The notes: generated by a model not told the origin, from the letters alone. A stretch of DNA of 64,000 nt from an uncultured Verrucomicrobiae bacterium (GCA_963731265.1 CAVSUE010000001.1:224001-288000); one strand, 5' to 3'; counted from the stretch's first letter, positions 30,771-40,162 are shown. Made by a program: numbers and translations.

Positions 30771-31499
30771 ATGATGATTTTAGTTCGTTATTCAGTTGAG
30801 CCGAGGGTGTTTCATCATCCAGTCTCTTTGTATCGAGTTTCCCCGCACCGTTTTTTTGTGCGGCCATTTGATCTTTTTACTCAGCGAGATGTTCCTTCCT
30901 TGCTTCTTAGAAGAAATCTAATGAACTATCACACTGCAGAGCTTTCTTCGGTGCTGATGCGCCCTCATCAAATGAACTATTTCCCTTTATTCCGCGGTCA
31001 TTTTTCTCCTCCACCTCGAAGCCGCGCAGAGGTTCACGATCCCCAAGCTGACTTGAGAAGGGCATACGGAATTTCAGAGAATGAAGACCTCTATGGCGGA
31101 ATTGTTCAACGGACAAATGAGAATCGACACGCTAATGCGGTCAAAAAGAATACCGATGGCGGCACTTATCTCAAGTCCGTCGTCGAAAACCACCTGCAAT
31201 CTTTATCGGATAAAGACAAAGCAGAATTTAAAAAGAAAGTTGGAGAAAGTGACCCGGAAATCTTTATTGAAGTTCCTCGCCTCGCTGTAAAAAAGGCCAT
31301 CTCTTCTACTACAGCGTTGACGAAGAGCAATACGCCTCTTTTTATGCACAAGCACTTAGACCAGCTCGAGCAATTGCGTAAAAAACAAAATCAGCTTCAG
31401 CAGCAAGAACTTTGGAAGCAATGTTGCGACATCGCGACATCTCTTGCTCGGGAATCCGACTGCATTGCCAGTATGCAAAAGGCGTTATCCACATCGTGA
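30771..31499 (+). CDS. hypothetical protein
   Basis: 242-aa ORF behind an AT-rich region with TATAAT; start uncertain. Confidence 0.65.
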   Translation: MMILVRYSVEPRVFHHPVSLYRVSPHRFFVRPFDLFTQRDVPSLLLRRNLMNYHTAELSSVLMRPHQMNYFPLFRGHFSPPPRSRAEVHDPQADLRRAYGISENEDLYGGIVQRTNENRHANAVKKNTDGGTYLKSVVENHLQSLSDKDKAEFKKKVGESDPEIFIEVPRLAVKKAISSTTALTKSNTPLFMHKHLDQLEQLRKKQNQLQQQELWKQCCDIATSLARESDCIASMQKALSTS

Positions 31500-31572
31500 T
31501 TCAAAGGGCTTCCTCGGCATCTACATTTTCCAGCTGAGTGCATAGAGAATGTGCTTGCACATTCCCTGTCCT

Positions 31573-31640
31573 CTTGCGAAAGAGCGATTCAACGCCCTTT
31601 TGAAGTATCCGCAGCAGCAAGGGCTGCGCCTGCTGCAAAT
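31573..31640. repeat. degenerate copy of family C repeat
   Basis: CTTGCGAAAGAGCGATTCAACGCCCTTTTGAAGTATCCGCAGC...CTGCGCCTGCTGCA aligns with 24291-24357. Confidence 0.6.
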
Positions 31641-31644
31641 TCTA

Positions 31645-31766
31645 AGTCTGCCTACGATCACGCTTGGCTTTGATTCGATTGTCTAGTTCATTCTGTCCTG
31701 CGGAAGCAACTCAAAGCCAAAAGCAAAAACTATCAAAATCAAAATAACCGTGATCGTACACAGACT
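31645..31766. mobile_element. MITE-like palindromic element (family E)
   Basis: AGTCTGCCTACGATCACG ... CGTGATCGTACACAGACT terminal inverted repeat (2 mismatches). Confidence 0.6.
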
Positions 31767-31820
31767 CTATCTTTCAAAAAACAGCAGCAATCGCGTATTC
31801 TGCGGATAGAGGGAACTCCT

Positions 31821-33455
31821 ATGCGCATTCTTGTCGCTCAAATCAATCCGATTGTCGGAGATTTTGAAGGCAATACTCGAAAAATTATTCAAGCTTTGGA
31901 CCATGGCCGGACGAAACAAGCCGACATCGTTGTCTTCTCCGAGCTCGTCCTATGCGGGTATCCTCCCGAGGATCTGCTTCTGCATTCCTCTTTCATCGAA
32001 GCCAATCAACACTTTTTAGAGAAAATCGTTCAAGCTTCTTCACGGCTGATGGCCGTCGTCGGCGTCGTCAGGCGCAATCCTGCGAAGCGCGAGAAACTGA
32101 TCTTCAATAGCGCTGCGATCATTTCCGATGGAAAGCTGCTGGGTTTTGAAGATAAGCAATTACTGCCGACGTACGATGTTTTTGATGAGCGTCGTTATTT
32201 TGAACCGGGGATCTCCACAAAAATTTGGGAGCTGAAAGGAAAAAAAATCGGCGTGATGATCTGCGAAGACATTTGGCAGCACGCGGGAATTGTCAGCGAT
32301 ACGGATTATGCGAATGATCCTGTCCTCGACTTCAAATCGCTGAAACCCGATGTTGTCTTCAATATTTCTTCCTCGCCTTATCAATTCCAAAAACCGAGCA
32401 CTCGCGTCAAAGTCTGTGCCAAGTGCGCGACGACGTTGAAATGTCCTGTCATTTTATGCTGTCAGGTGGGAGCGAATGATCAGCTCGTTTTTGACGGCTA
32501 TAGTCTTTATGTCAATTCCAAAGGGGAGCTTGTGCGAACCGCGAAAGGGTTTGAAGAAGATGAAATGCTCATCGACCTTGACCAGCCCGCTCATCCTTCC
32601 GCGTTTTCTTACGACCCCCTGCATGATCTCTATCAAGCTCTTGTTCTGGGAGTGCGCGATTATTTTCATAAGCAAGGCTTCAAGAAAGGTTGTTTTGGAT
32701 TGTCGGGGGGGATCGATTCCGCTCTCGTCGCCTGCATTGCCGTCGAGGCGCTGGGCAAAGAAAACGTGCTCGGGGTCACAATGCCTTCCCGCTACAGTTC
32801 TAAGGGGAGCGTCACAGATTCTGAAGTTTTAGCACGCCGGTTAGGAATCGAACTTCAGCAAATCCCTATCGAAAAACCTTTTCAAGCCTTTCTCGATTTG
32901 CTTGAACCTTGCTTTAAAGGTAAACCGCAAGATATTACCGAAGAGAACATGCAAGCGCGGATCCGAGGAATGATCTTGATGGCGATCTCGAATAAGCATG
33001 GCTACATCGTCATGAGCACAGGGAACAAGAGCGAAATAGCGCTTGGCTATTGTACTCTTTACGGAGATATGGCAGGCGGGCTCGGGGTCATTTCCGATGT
33101 GACCAAGCAACAGGTGTATGCTCTGGCGCGGTGGATCAATCGGAATCAAGAGCTCATTCCGCAGTCCATCATTGACAAGGTGCCTTCCGCAGAACTCCGG
33201 GCCCATCAGAAAGATACAGATTCACTACCGGAATACGACACCGTCGACAAAGTCCTCCAAGGCTATGTCGAGGATTATTTGACGCCTGATGAAATTGCGA
33301 AGAAACACACCATTCCTATTGAAATTGTCCTCGATTTGATCCATCGCATCCATCGTGCCGAATACAAGCGACGGCAAGCGCCTCCTGGAATTCGAGTAAG
33401 TAAGAAGGCTTTCCGCGTGGGAAGGAGTTATCCGATTGTTCAGAGCTGGATGTGA
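31821..33455 (+). CDS. nadE: glutamine-dependent NAD+ synthetase
   Basis: Nitrilase domain (ELVLCGYPPEDL, KQLLPTYDVFDE, ICEDIW) plus GLSGGIDS, ENMQARIRG, TGNKSE, EYKRRQAPPG. Confidence 0.96.
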   Translation: MRILVAQINPIVGDFEGNTRKIIQALDHGRTKQADIVVFSELVLCGYPPEDLLLHSSFIEANQHFLEKIVQASSRLMAVVGVVRRNPAKREKLIFNSAAIISDGKLLGFEDKQLLPTYDVFDERRYFEPGISTKIWELKGKKIGVMICEDIWQHAGIVSDTDYANDPVLDFKSLKPDVVFNISSSPYQFQKPSTRVKVCAKCATTLKCPVILCCQVGANDQLVFDGYSLYVNSKGELVRTAKGFEEDEMLIDLDQPAHPSAFSYDPLHDLYQALVLGVRDYFHKQGFKKGCFGLSGGIDSALVACIAVEALGKENVLGVTMPSRYSSKGSVTDSEVLARRLGIELQQIPIEKPFQAFLDLLEPCFKGKPQDITEENMQARIRGMILMAISNKHGYIVMSTGNKSEIALGYCTLYGDMAGGLGVISDVTKQQVYALARWINRNQELIPQSIIDKVPSAELRAHQKDTDSLPEYDTVDKVLQGYVEDYLTPDEIAKKHTIPIEIVLDLIHRIHRAEYKRRQAPPGIRVSKKAFRVGRSYPIVQSWM

Positions 33456-34129
33456 TGGGAATCGTGTGTGATTTCCTTTAGAACTTTGCAAAGCATCGAA
33501 AGATTGAGCTTTCCGGTGTTCGTATTTTGCGGGCTGGGGTGGTAGCAAGTATAGACGGTGGGAAACCCTTCGATGAGATGTTTTTCGCCATGGCAAAAGC
33601 GGTTCGGGATTTTAGGCCCCCCTTGAGTTTTGACGTAATGCAAATATGCCTTAAAGGCAAATCCGCCAAGTGCAAGGACGGCTGTGATGTTTTTCAATAA
33701 AGCAAACTCAGCGAGCAAGTAGGGAAAACAATTTTTTTGCTCCAGGGGAGTTGGCCGATTGTCAGGAGGAACGCATTTAACCGCAGCAGTCATGTAGCAG
33801 CCATGCAATTTGAGGCCGTCATCGATTCTTTCCGATGTTGATTGGTTAGCAAAGCCTTCTTGGTGCAGTCCTTGAAATAAAAACCGCGCGGAGGCATCTC
33901 CGGTGAAAATCCTGCCTGTGCGGTTGCCGCCTTGAGCAGAAGGGGCAAGTCCCAAAATCAACAGATAAGCATGGGGATCGCCGAATCCAGGCACTGGCCT
34001 TTTCCAATAGGCACATTGTCCCTTCTCTGGAACGTTTTCTCGAAACTTAACAAGCCGAGGGCACAATCGGCATTCCGTCACACAGGCGTTGAGCGCCTTA
34101 AAGGATTGGTACATCAACTTTCCTGCCAT
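33440..34129 (-). CDS. uracil-DNA glycosylase, family 5 (UdgB-like)
   Basis: CRLCPRL, GLAPSAQGGNRTGRIFTGD, KCVPPDNRP, YHPSPQNTNTG. Confidence 0.92.
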   Translation of the reverse strand: MAGKLMYQSFKALNACVTECRLCPRLVKFRENVPEKGQCAYWKRPVPGFGDPHAYLLILGLAPSAQGGNRTGRIFTGDASARFLFQGLHQEGFANQSTSERIDDGLKLHGCYMTAAVKCVPPDNRPTPLEQKNCFPYLLAEFALLKNITAVLALGGFAFKAYLHYVKTQGGPKIPNRFCHGEKHLIEGFPTVYTCYHPSPQNTNTGKLNLSMLCKVLKEITHDSHHIQL

Positions 34130-35082
34130 ATCATCGGAAGGATATTTTTCAGCTCGGTTTCACCCATTTTAAGCATCATGAGGCGGTCAAAACCCACAGC
34201 CACGCCACAACAATCGGGAAGCCCGGTTTCTAAAGCCTCTAAGAACAGTTCATCGACTTTGAGGGCATCTTTGCCGGCTTGCACTCTGGCTTGATTGGAA
34301 GCTTGGAGGCGCCTGCGCTGTTCAGCGGCATCGGTCAGTTCGTGATACCCATTTGCCAGTTCGATGCCGCGATAATACACTTCGAAACGGCAGGCGACAT
34401 GTTCCCTATCGGGAAGGCAAACCGTTTTGGAAAGAGCGGCCTGGGTTGCTGGAAAATGGCTTAAGACGAACAATTCGTTAATTCCTAATTGAGGCTCGGT
34501 GAGAAAACTGACAAGCAGCTGTAACAGAGTATCTCTATCCCATTCTTTTGCATCTGCAGGAAGGTCAAGGCCGCCCCTTTTCGCACAGTCAAGCAGCTCG
34601 GAAAAAGAGGCTGTTAAGTAATCGATAGCAAGAAAATCTTTAAGCGTTTGCCGGTAGCTTAGTGTCCGTTGCGGGAGATCGCCGAGAAAGAGTTGGATAA
34701 AGGCAATCGTCTCTTCAATCATTTCGGGGAAGCTCATTCCTATCCGGTACCATTCCACCATGGTAAATTCAGGATTATGCAGCGGCCCGATCTCTCCGTC
34801 CCGGAAAACATGGCTGATCTGATAAATATCGGGAGCGCCAGCAGCGAGCAGCCGCTTCATGCCATATTCCGGCGACGTGTGCAAATAACCTGTCTGGTCA
34901 TTTTTAAGGGACACTTTCATGACGTCGATATGAAGATCGACCGGCGCGCTTTGCGAAAGCGCAGGGCAATCGACTTCCATCACATTTCTTTCGGCAAAAA
35001 ATGCGCGCGCTTTTTGAAGCATGCGTGCGCGCTCTTGCAGGAATGAAATTTTACTGATTTCAGACGCGGGAAACGTATTCAC
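34114..35082 (-). CDS. epmA: EF-P lysine aminoacylase EpmA (GenX)
   Basis: YLHTSPEYGMKRLLAAG, HNPEFTMVEWYR, IELANGYHEL, GVAVGFDRL; adjacent to efp. Confidence 0.95.
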   Translation of the reverse strand: MNTFPASEISKISFLQERARMLQKARAFFAERNVMEVDCPALSQSAPVDLHIDVMKVSLKNDQTGYLHTSPEYGMKRLLAAGAPDIYQISHVFRDGEIGPLHNPEFTMVEWYRIGMSFPEMIEETIAFIQLFLGDLPQRTLSYRQTLKDFLAIDYLTASFSELLDCAKRGGLDLPADAKEWDRDTLLQLLVSFLTEPQLGINELFVLSHFPATQAALSKTVCLPDREHVACRFEVYYRGIELANGYHELTDAAEQRRRLQASNQARVQAGKDALKVDELFLEALETGLPDCCGVAVGFDRLMMLKMGETELKNILPMIWQES

Positions 35083-35623
35083 CTGTTCGCGTGTCCACTT
35101 TGATGATTTGCCCTTCTTCGATGAAGATAGGAACTTGGATTTTTGCCCCGCTTTCGGTCAATGCTGGCTTCAAGACGCGCCCTGAAGTATCGCCGCGCAA
35201 TCCCGGAGCGGTCTCGATGACCTTCATCTCCATGAAAGTGGGAGGCACGACTTCGATGGGCAAGCCCTTGTAGAAGACAATCGCATAGGCGATCTCTTCC
35301 ATCAGCCATTGCATCCGGTCTTCCACGATCGAATTGGGCACCGTGAGCTGCTCGAACGATTCATCGTGCATAAACACAACGCCGTCACTTTCTTTGTAGA
35401 GAAGGCGCATCTTTTTCTCTTCGACGTCCGCAGCGCCGACCTTCTCGCCGGACTTGAAGGTTTTTTCCACAACACGGCCTGTTAAAAGATGTTTTAATTT
35501 AATGCGGTTGAAAGGCTGCCCTTTGCCAGGCTTGACAAATTCATTGCTGACCACAGTGTAGGGCTCCCCTTCAACCTCGACTTTGTACCCGCCTCTTATA
35601 TCGCCCGTGCTATATTGCGCCAT
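35060..35623 (-). CDS. efp: elongation factor P
   Basis: VKPGKGQ loop, PGLRGDT, VPIFIEEG..IKVDTRTGEYVSR. Confidence 0.97.
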   Translation of the reverse strand: MAQYSTGDIRGGYKVEVEGEPYTVVSNEFVKPGKGQPFNRIKLKHLLTGRVVEKTFKSGEKVGAADVEEKKMRLLYKESDGVVFMHDESFEQLTVPNSIVEDRMQWLMEEIAYAIVFYKGLPIEVVPPTFMEMKVIETAPGLRGDTSGRVLKPALTESGAKIQVPIFIEEGQIIKVDTRTGEYVSRV

Positions 35624-35726
35624 GCTGCTATTCCTTTTAGGATAAAAAGCACAATTCTGATGGGAGAGAATTTAAAAAGCAAGCCTTCGAAGATGGGCCC
35701 AAGCGGCACAATGACAATAATTTATT

Positions 35727-36788
35727 TTAACGGCCTCTGGGCTGAGTGTTCCCGGAGAAAAAACGGTCGATCATTTGCTGGATTCGGTTGCGCTCCGCGG
35801 ACAGGCCTGACAGGTTATCGCGGAATTGTTGGTTATTGACTTGCAAGCTGGAGACCGCATCCCGCAAGGAAGCGTCGAATTGGTTTCTGAGCTGAACGAG
35901 GGCCCGATGAATGGCCTCGAAATTGGCGCGCTCTTGGGCGTATTGAATTTGAAGAGCATGCAGTTGAGAAGTGGCCTGCGCGGTCTGTTGATGAAGAGCG
36001 GAGAGCTCTTGAATCCTTTCGTGAACGCGATTGTCAGCGCGCAGTTCCGCCAAATACCCTCTGAGTTGTTCGAGCTGTTGTCCGATTCCCTGCTGTTGGG
36101 ACGCGAGGTGGTTGCCGATCTGCTCGCAGAGGGAGCGGGAAGCCTGGATCTGTTGATCGAGCACTCTTAGACTTTGATCGAATCCTCGGACGTTGTGGTG
36201 CAAATGAGAATTTTCCTGTTGAAAACGGACAATCTCTTCCCGGATTTTCTCAGCGCTTTCGCGGAGCTGAGTGACCTGGAGCGTCAACAGGGTGACTTGC
36301 TGCGTGAGCCGTGTATTGGTTTGACGAAAGGCCTCATTCGTCGCCTGAAGGTCGCGGTTGGTCGCTCGAAATGCTTCATTTGTGCGCTGTAATTCCCGAA
36401 TGCTCTGCGAAAGGCGCTCGTTTTCTCTCTCTAAATTTTGAGCGACGTGTTCTAATCGATCTTTAGTCTCTCTTAATTTTTTTACCGTTTCTTCCAAATC
36501 GGTTAAAGTCTCAAAGCGGCGCATGTAAAAGGCCCCAATCCCGGAAGCGAGAGCGACAATGGCAAATGCTGCGCATAGGATGGGCGATGAGTTAAGACAA
36601 GTGATCACGCAGCATGAGATGGCAATGATCGTGCTGCAGTCCATCAGGATCACTTTCCAATTGCTTGTCACACGATCGATGAGAGGGGAGACGTAGCTCT
36701 TGAATTTTTCCAAAGGATGGAAATTGAACAGAGGGCAAAAATATGCCGTCTGATGACATACATGCTTGAGAGGAGACCAGGCTTCCAT
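35727..36788 (-). CDS. inclusion-membrane (Inc/IncA-like) coiled-coil protein
   Basis: Bilobed hydrophobic segment of ~45 aa followed by a long heptad coiled coil; GGAGG SD before ATG 36788. Confidence 0.75.
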   Translation of the reverse strand: MEAWSPLKHVCHQTAYFCPLFNFHPLEKFKSYVSPLIDRVTSNWKVILMDCSTIIAISCCVITCLNSSPILCAAFAIVALASGIGAFYMRRFETLTDLEETVKKLRETKDRLEHVAQNLERENERLSQSIRELQRTNEAFRATNRDLQATNEAFRQTNTRLTQQVTLLTLQVTQLRESAEKIREEIVRFQQENSHLHHNVRGFDQSLRVLDQQIQASRSLCEQIGNHLASQQQGIGQQLEQLRGYLAELRADNRVHERIQELSALHQQTAQATSQLHALQIQYAQERANFEAIHRALVQLRNQFDASLRDAVSSLQVNNQQFRDNLSGLSAERNRIQQMIDRFFSGNTQPRGR

Positions 36789-36893
36789 AGGACCTCCGAA
36801 AGGGTAAAAAAAGAATAGGATTATAAGAATATTTACGCAATTTTTTTTGCAATTGTTGAACATTGAATTGAATTGGGATATGATGAGAGGTTA

Positions 36894-37041
36894 AGAGACT
36901 GACCACAAACTCAGCTTCTGTCGCTTTCCGAATTCTTTTTGCGGGGGTTGTATTAAATGCGTATGCTACCCCGCAAAAAGAATCGAAAAGCAGCCAAAAT
37001 AATCCCAAGAGCGACGAAGGCTGGGTTTGTGGTCAGTCTCT
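36894..37041. mobile_element. MITE-like palindromic element (family F)
   Basis: AGAGACTGACCACAAAC ... GTTTGTGGTCAGTCTCT (17-bp perfect); inner ATTCTTTTTGCGGGG...CCCCGCAAAAAGAAT. Confidence 0.72.
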
Positions 37042-37054
37042 AAGGGAGCAAAAA

Positions 37055-37870
37055 ATGGCCGGAGAAGTTACTGAAGCGCAATTCGCGAAGGACACCCTGG
37101 AACGTTATTCGGGATGCCTAATCGCGGATTTTCACTCTAATCTTTTGCTCACCAATTTTCCGCGCTATGTCGATTATTTCGCCAAAACGCGCAATATCAA
37201 AGTGATCGAAGGCTCGATGTTCAAAGTCGCCCATTGCGCCAAGGACGATGTGAGCATTCTCGATTTCAAAATCGGATCGCCCGCTGCTGCCCTGGTTGTC
37301 GATCTCTGCTCTTTCATGCCCATCAAAACCAGTCTTCTCTTAGGCATGTGCGGAGGATTGCGGCGGCGCTACCAAATCGGGGATTACCTCGTTCCTGTGG
37401 CTAGCATCCGCGGCGAGGGGACCTCCGACTTTTACTTTCCTTCCGAAGTTCCTGCCCTTTCGAATTTTTTGATGCAGAAGGCTGTGACCGAAATCCTCGA
37501 GGTGCAAAAGGCTGTTTATCACATTGGGATCACTTATACGACTAACATGCGTTTTTGGGAGTTCAACGAAGAATTCAAAAGCCGGTTGAAAGCCACCAAG
37601 GCGCAAGCGATCGAGATGGAATGCGCGACTCTATTTGCAGCGAGCTACAAACGCAAATTCACTTTGGGCGCGCTTTTGCTTGTTTCAGATCTCCCCCTAA
37701 ACGCGGATGGCATTAAGACCAAGCGCAGTTCTGAATCTGTTTACGATCGGTACATGGCCGATCATGTAGAAAAGGGGGTGGCCATCTTAAAAACTGCTCG
37801 AAACATGCAAGAGCAGCATATTAAAGGCGCCTACCATCGCAATATCGGCATGGGCTCGCCGAAGTCTTAA
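37055..37870 (+). CDS. amn: AMP nucleosidase
   Basis: LLLTNFPRYV, KIGSPAAALVVDL, LGMCGGLR, IRGEGTSDFY, AIEMECATLF, LLVSDLPL. Confidence 0.93.
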   Translation: MAGEVTEAQFAKDTLERYSGCLIADFHSNLLLTNFPRYVDYFAKTRNIKVIEGSMFKVAHCAKDDVSILDFKIGSPAAALVVDLCSFMPIKTSLLLGMCGGLRRRYQIGDYLVPVASIRGEGTSDFYFPSEVPALSNFLMQKAVTEILEVQKAVYHIGITYTTNMRFWEFNEEFKSRLKATKAQAIEMECATLFAASYKRKFTLGALLLVSDLPLNADGIKTKRSSESVYDRYMADHVEKGVAILKTARNMQEQHIKGAYHRNIGMGSPKS

Positions 37871-37910
37871 AGTCTTATGGAGAGTTTGAGCAGAAATTCA
37901 CCTTACCGGG

Positions 37911-37931
37911 AAGGCGATCTTTCGCCTTTTT
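37911..37931 (+). terminator. terminator after amn
   Basis: AAGGCGA-TCTT-TCGCCTT followed by Ts. Confidence 0.55.
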
Positions 37932-37961
37932 ATCTGCGTCTGCGTTGTAAATTCTCATCTT

Positions 37962-38201
37962 TTACTTATCTTCTTTTATTAGCTTTATCGATCTTTGATT
38001 GAGGTTTTCTAGATTTTTTTCATCGTACAAACAGACAGTGATTTCTTTTTGATAATCAGCGCTTGATAAGTGAGAATGTTGTAGTTTTGGGTTGTCTAAT
38101 AATTGATTTAAATAACCTCGTAATTGTACAGCCTCTTCTTTAGTTAAGAAGATACTAACATTGTCTAGTTTTTTATCAGATTCATCATCTAAAATTCTCA
38201 A
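37962..38201 (-). CDS. small protein, putative immunity protein
   Basis: 79 aa, TTG start with AGGAGG SD overlapping the upstream stop; directly follows a toxin-like C-terminus. Confidence 0.65.
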   Translation of the reverse strand: MRILDDESDKKLDNVSIFLTKEEAVQLRGYLNQLLDNPKLQHSHLSSADYQKEITVCLYDEKNLENLNQRSIKLIKEDK

Positions 38202-38212
38202 AATTTCACCTC

Positions 38213-38499
38213 CTATTTATGTGGAACATCGATCGGATATACTCTACTGATTTCTTGCCATTCACCATCAACAAGGTGCTCAAGATGTAAGTGGGGACTT
38301 TCATGAGGAGCTGGTCTGTTAAAATCAAATCGCACTTTCCTTAGCCCATCTTTAGAAAGAAAAACGGGGTCTCCCGCTTTATTGCGGATAAATTGCGTGC
38401 CTTCTCCTAGCCAGTTAGAAATCTGTTTTTCTAAGTGAACAACTTCTGCGATTTTTGCCCCGCTCTCAAGGCCAGCTGCTGATTCAAGAAGAAAAGTTT
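38213..38499 (-). pseudogene. 5'-truncated polymorphic-toxin-like C-terminal domain
   Basis: Open frame with no start, cut by the IS3 end: ...ESAAGLESGAKIAEVVHLEKQISNWLGEG...SKDGLRKVRFDFNRPAPHESPHLHLEHLVDGEW...PHK*. Confidence 0.65.
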
Positions 38500-38589
38500 T
38501 GACCTTGCCCCCTTTTTTGGTCCGGGCTAAATGCGAAAAATCGGGTTATTTTTTCTTGAGATTGCCCATTTCTCGAGATAAAGTTTAGC

Positions 38590-39450
38590 CTATACACACT
38601 CCAGTTTTGGACTAAAGTTTTCGAGCTCCCCGAAGCCCCGAGCATAGCCGCCAAATAGCTCGGCGAGGGGCGGGGAAGCGAGCCACTTGCTCGCCTCAGC
38701 GAACTCTCGGGGTGTTGCATTTTTTAACGAACTGTGAGGCCTTTGCTCATTGTAATCTATTCGCCATGCTTTGCCTTCATCTGTGCGTCTTCTAGAGACA
38801 GGAACCCAGTGCTGATTCAGGCATTCTTGGCGAAACCTGCTATTAAAACTCTCAATGAAAGCATTATCTGTAGGCTTTCCCGGCCTGGAAAAATCTAGCT
38901 TAATCCCTTGTCCGTAAGCCCATAAATCAAGCTCCTTTGAAATAAATTCTGGCCCATTATCCACTTTAATAGCTTCCGGTCGGCCATGCTCTTTAATCGC
39001 TTCTTCTAAAAAACGCACTACATCCGTTCCTTTGCATGAAACTCCCACTCCGATCCCAGGGCTTTCCCTTGTAAAATTGTCCACGATCGTCAAAAACCGA
39101 ATTCGGTGTCCGTTATACAGCTCATCTGAAACAAAATCCATACTCCAACATTCGTTCTTTTTCCCGGCTATTACTGGGTCTCTTCTCGTTTTAATATTAA
39201 CTGTTCTTCTTGGAACTTTCAATCGCATTTGCAGGCTTTCCTTACAATACAGACGGTAGATTCTTTTGTGGTTCACGGACCACCCTTCCCGCTGCAACAA
39301 AGTGTGAATCCGACGATAACCATAGCGTACACGGATTGATGCGATTTCTTTGACCCGTTTAACTAAAAATGCCTGATCTCCTCGAATTGACTTGTAACGG
39401 TGCACAGATCGGCCAATATGCAGCACTGCACAAGCTCTTCTTTCGCTCAC
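38590..39450 (-). CDS. IS3 transposase OrfB (DDE)
   Basis: YGYRRI, WSMDFVSD, DNGPEF, PGKPTDNAFIESFNSRFR, YNEQRPHSSL; short compensated frameshift near 38770-38806. Confidence 0.9.
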   Translation of the reverse strand: MSERRACAVLHIGRSVHRYKSIRGDQAFLVKRVKEIASIRVRYGYRRIHTLLQREGWSVNHKRIYRLYCKESLQMRLKVPRRTVNIKTRRDPVIAGKKNECWSMDFVSDELYNGHRIRFLTIVDNFTRESPGIGVGVSCKGTDVVRFLEEAIKEHGRPEAIKVDNGPEFISKELDLWAYGQGIKLDFSRPGKPTDNAFIESFNSRFRQECLNQHWVPVSRRRTDEGKAWRIDYNEQRPHSSLKNATPREFAEASKWLASPPLAELFGGYARGFGELENFSPKLECV

Positions 39451-39500
39451 TCGATGAACGAGAACTAGCTCTTTGACTAGTTCTCGTTGGAGAGCAGGCT

Positions 39501-39767
39501 TTAAAGCTTTTTTGAAAGCACCTCTTGCAGCATGTATTTGTCTAGATTCAAATCAGCTACAAGCTGCTTTAATCGACGATTTTCCTCTTCCAATTGTTTT
39601 AACCGTCGAAGTTCGGAAGGCATCAGCCCACCATATTTCTTCTTCCATTGGTAAAATGTTGCCTGCGAAATGCCAAGCTTGCGACAAATTTCGTCGATAA
39701 TGGTTCCGTTTTCTGCCTGTTTCAAAGCGAAAACTATTTGCTCTTCCGTAAATTTGCTTTTCTTCAT
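39501..39767 (-). CDS. IS3 transposase OrfA (HTH)
   Basis: KFTEEQIVFALKQ...ICRKLGISQATFYQWKKKYGG...LKQLEEENRRLK. Confidence 0.93.
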   Translation of the reverse strand: MKKSKFTEEQIVFALKQAENGTIIDEICRKLGISQATFYQWKKKYGGLMPSELRRLKQLEEENRRLKQLVADLNLDKYMLQEVLSKKL

Positions 39768-39847
39768 CGAAAATCCCTTTGTTTCTAAAAACTTCTAGAA
39801 TGGGATTTTTCGCATTATTTTTGGACCATTTTTTGGGGAGCAGACCA

Positions 39848-40030
39848 TTCATCGAATTCTTGTTCGATAGCGCTTTTGTGTTATTTTTCTTACTATGATT
39901 TTCAAGGCCGGGGAGATGTTCGATTACAAATTGTCGGAGACTGATTCCCTCTTTGGCAGCTAACATTTTGTGCTGGTTGCGGGAAGTCGATTGCCAGTCG
40001 AATAGTTTCCTGCTTTTCCTTACTTGGCAT
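39848..40030 (-). pseudogene. ribbon-helix-helix / antitoxin-like gene remnant
   Basis: MPSKEKQETIRLAIDFP then frame break to HKMLAAKEGISLRQFVIEHL; GAGGAG SD; 3' end cut by IS3. Confidence 0.5.
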
Positions 40031-40162
40031 CGATTTTACTCCTCATTCTGAATCTGATGGTGCCGTATTGCCTTAAATAAGACGACTGTCACTGGAATGT
40101 CTACAAAACGCTTGAATTTTTTATATCTTTTGTTTATTTATAAGTAATAATGAGATGTTATC

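Larger units (their letters stand above)
38500..39847 (-). mobile_element. IS3-family insertion sequence (IS407-like)
   Basis: TG...CA ends with imperfect ~43-bp IRs sharing TGGTCC and AATGCGAAAAATC; orfA/orfB with an A6G slippery site near 39507-39513. Confidence 0.92.

Noticed and set aside
39553..39966. 137-aa ORF across the IS3 end
   Set aside because: Chimera of the RHH-like remnant reading into an off-frame of the IS
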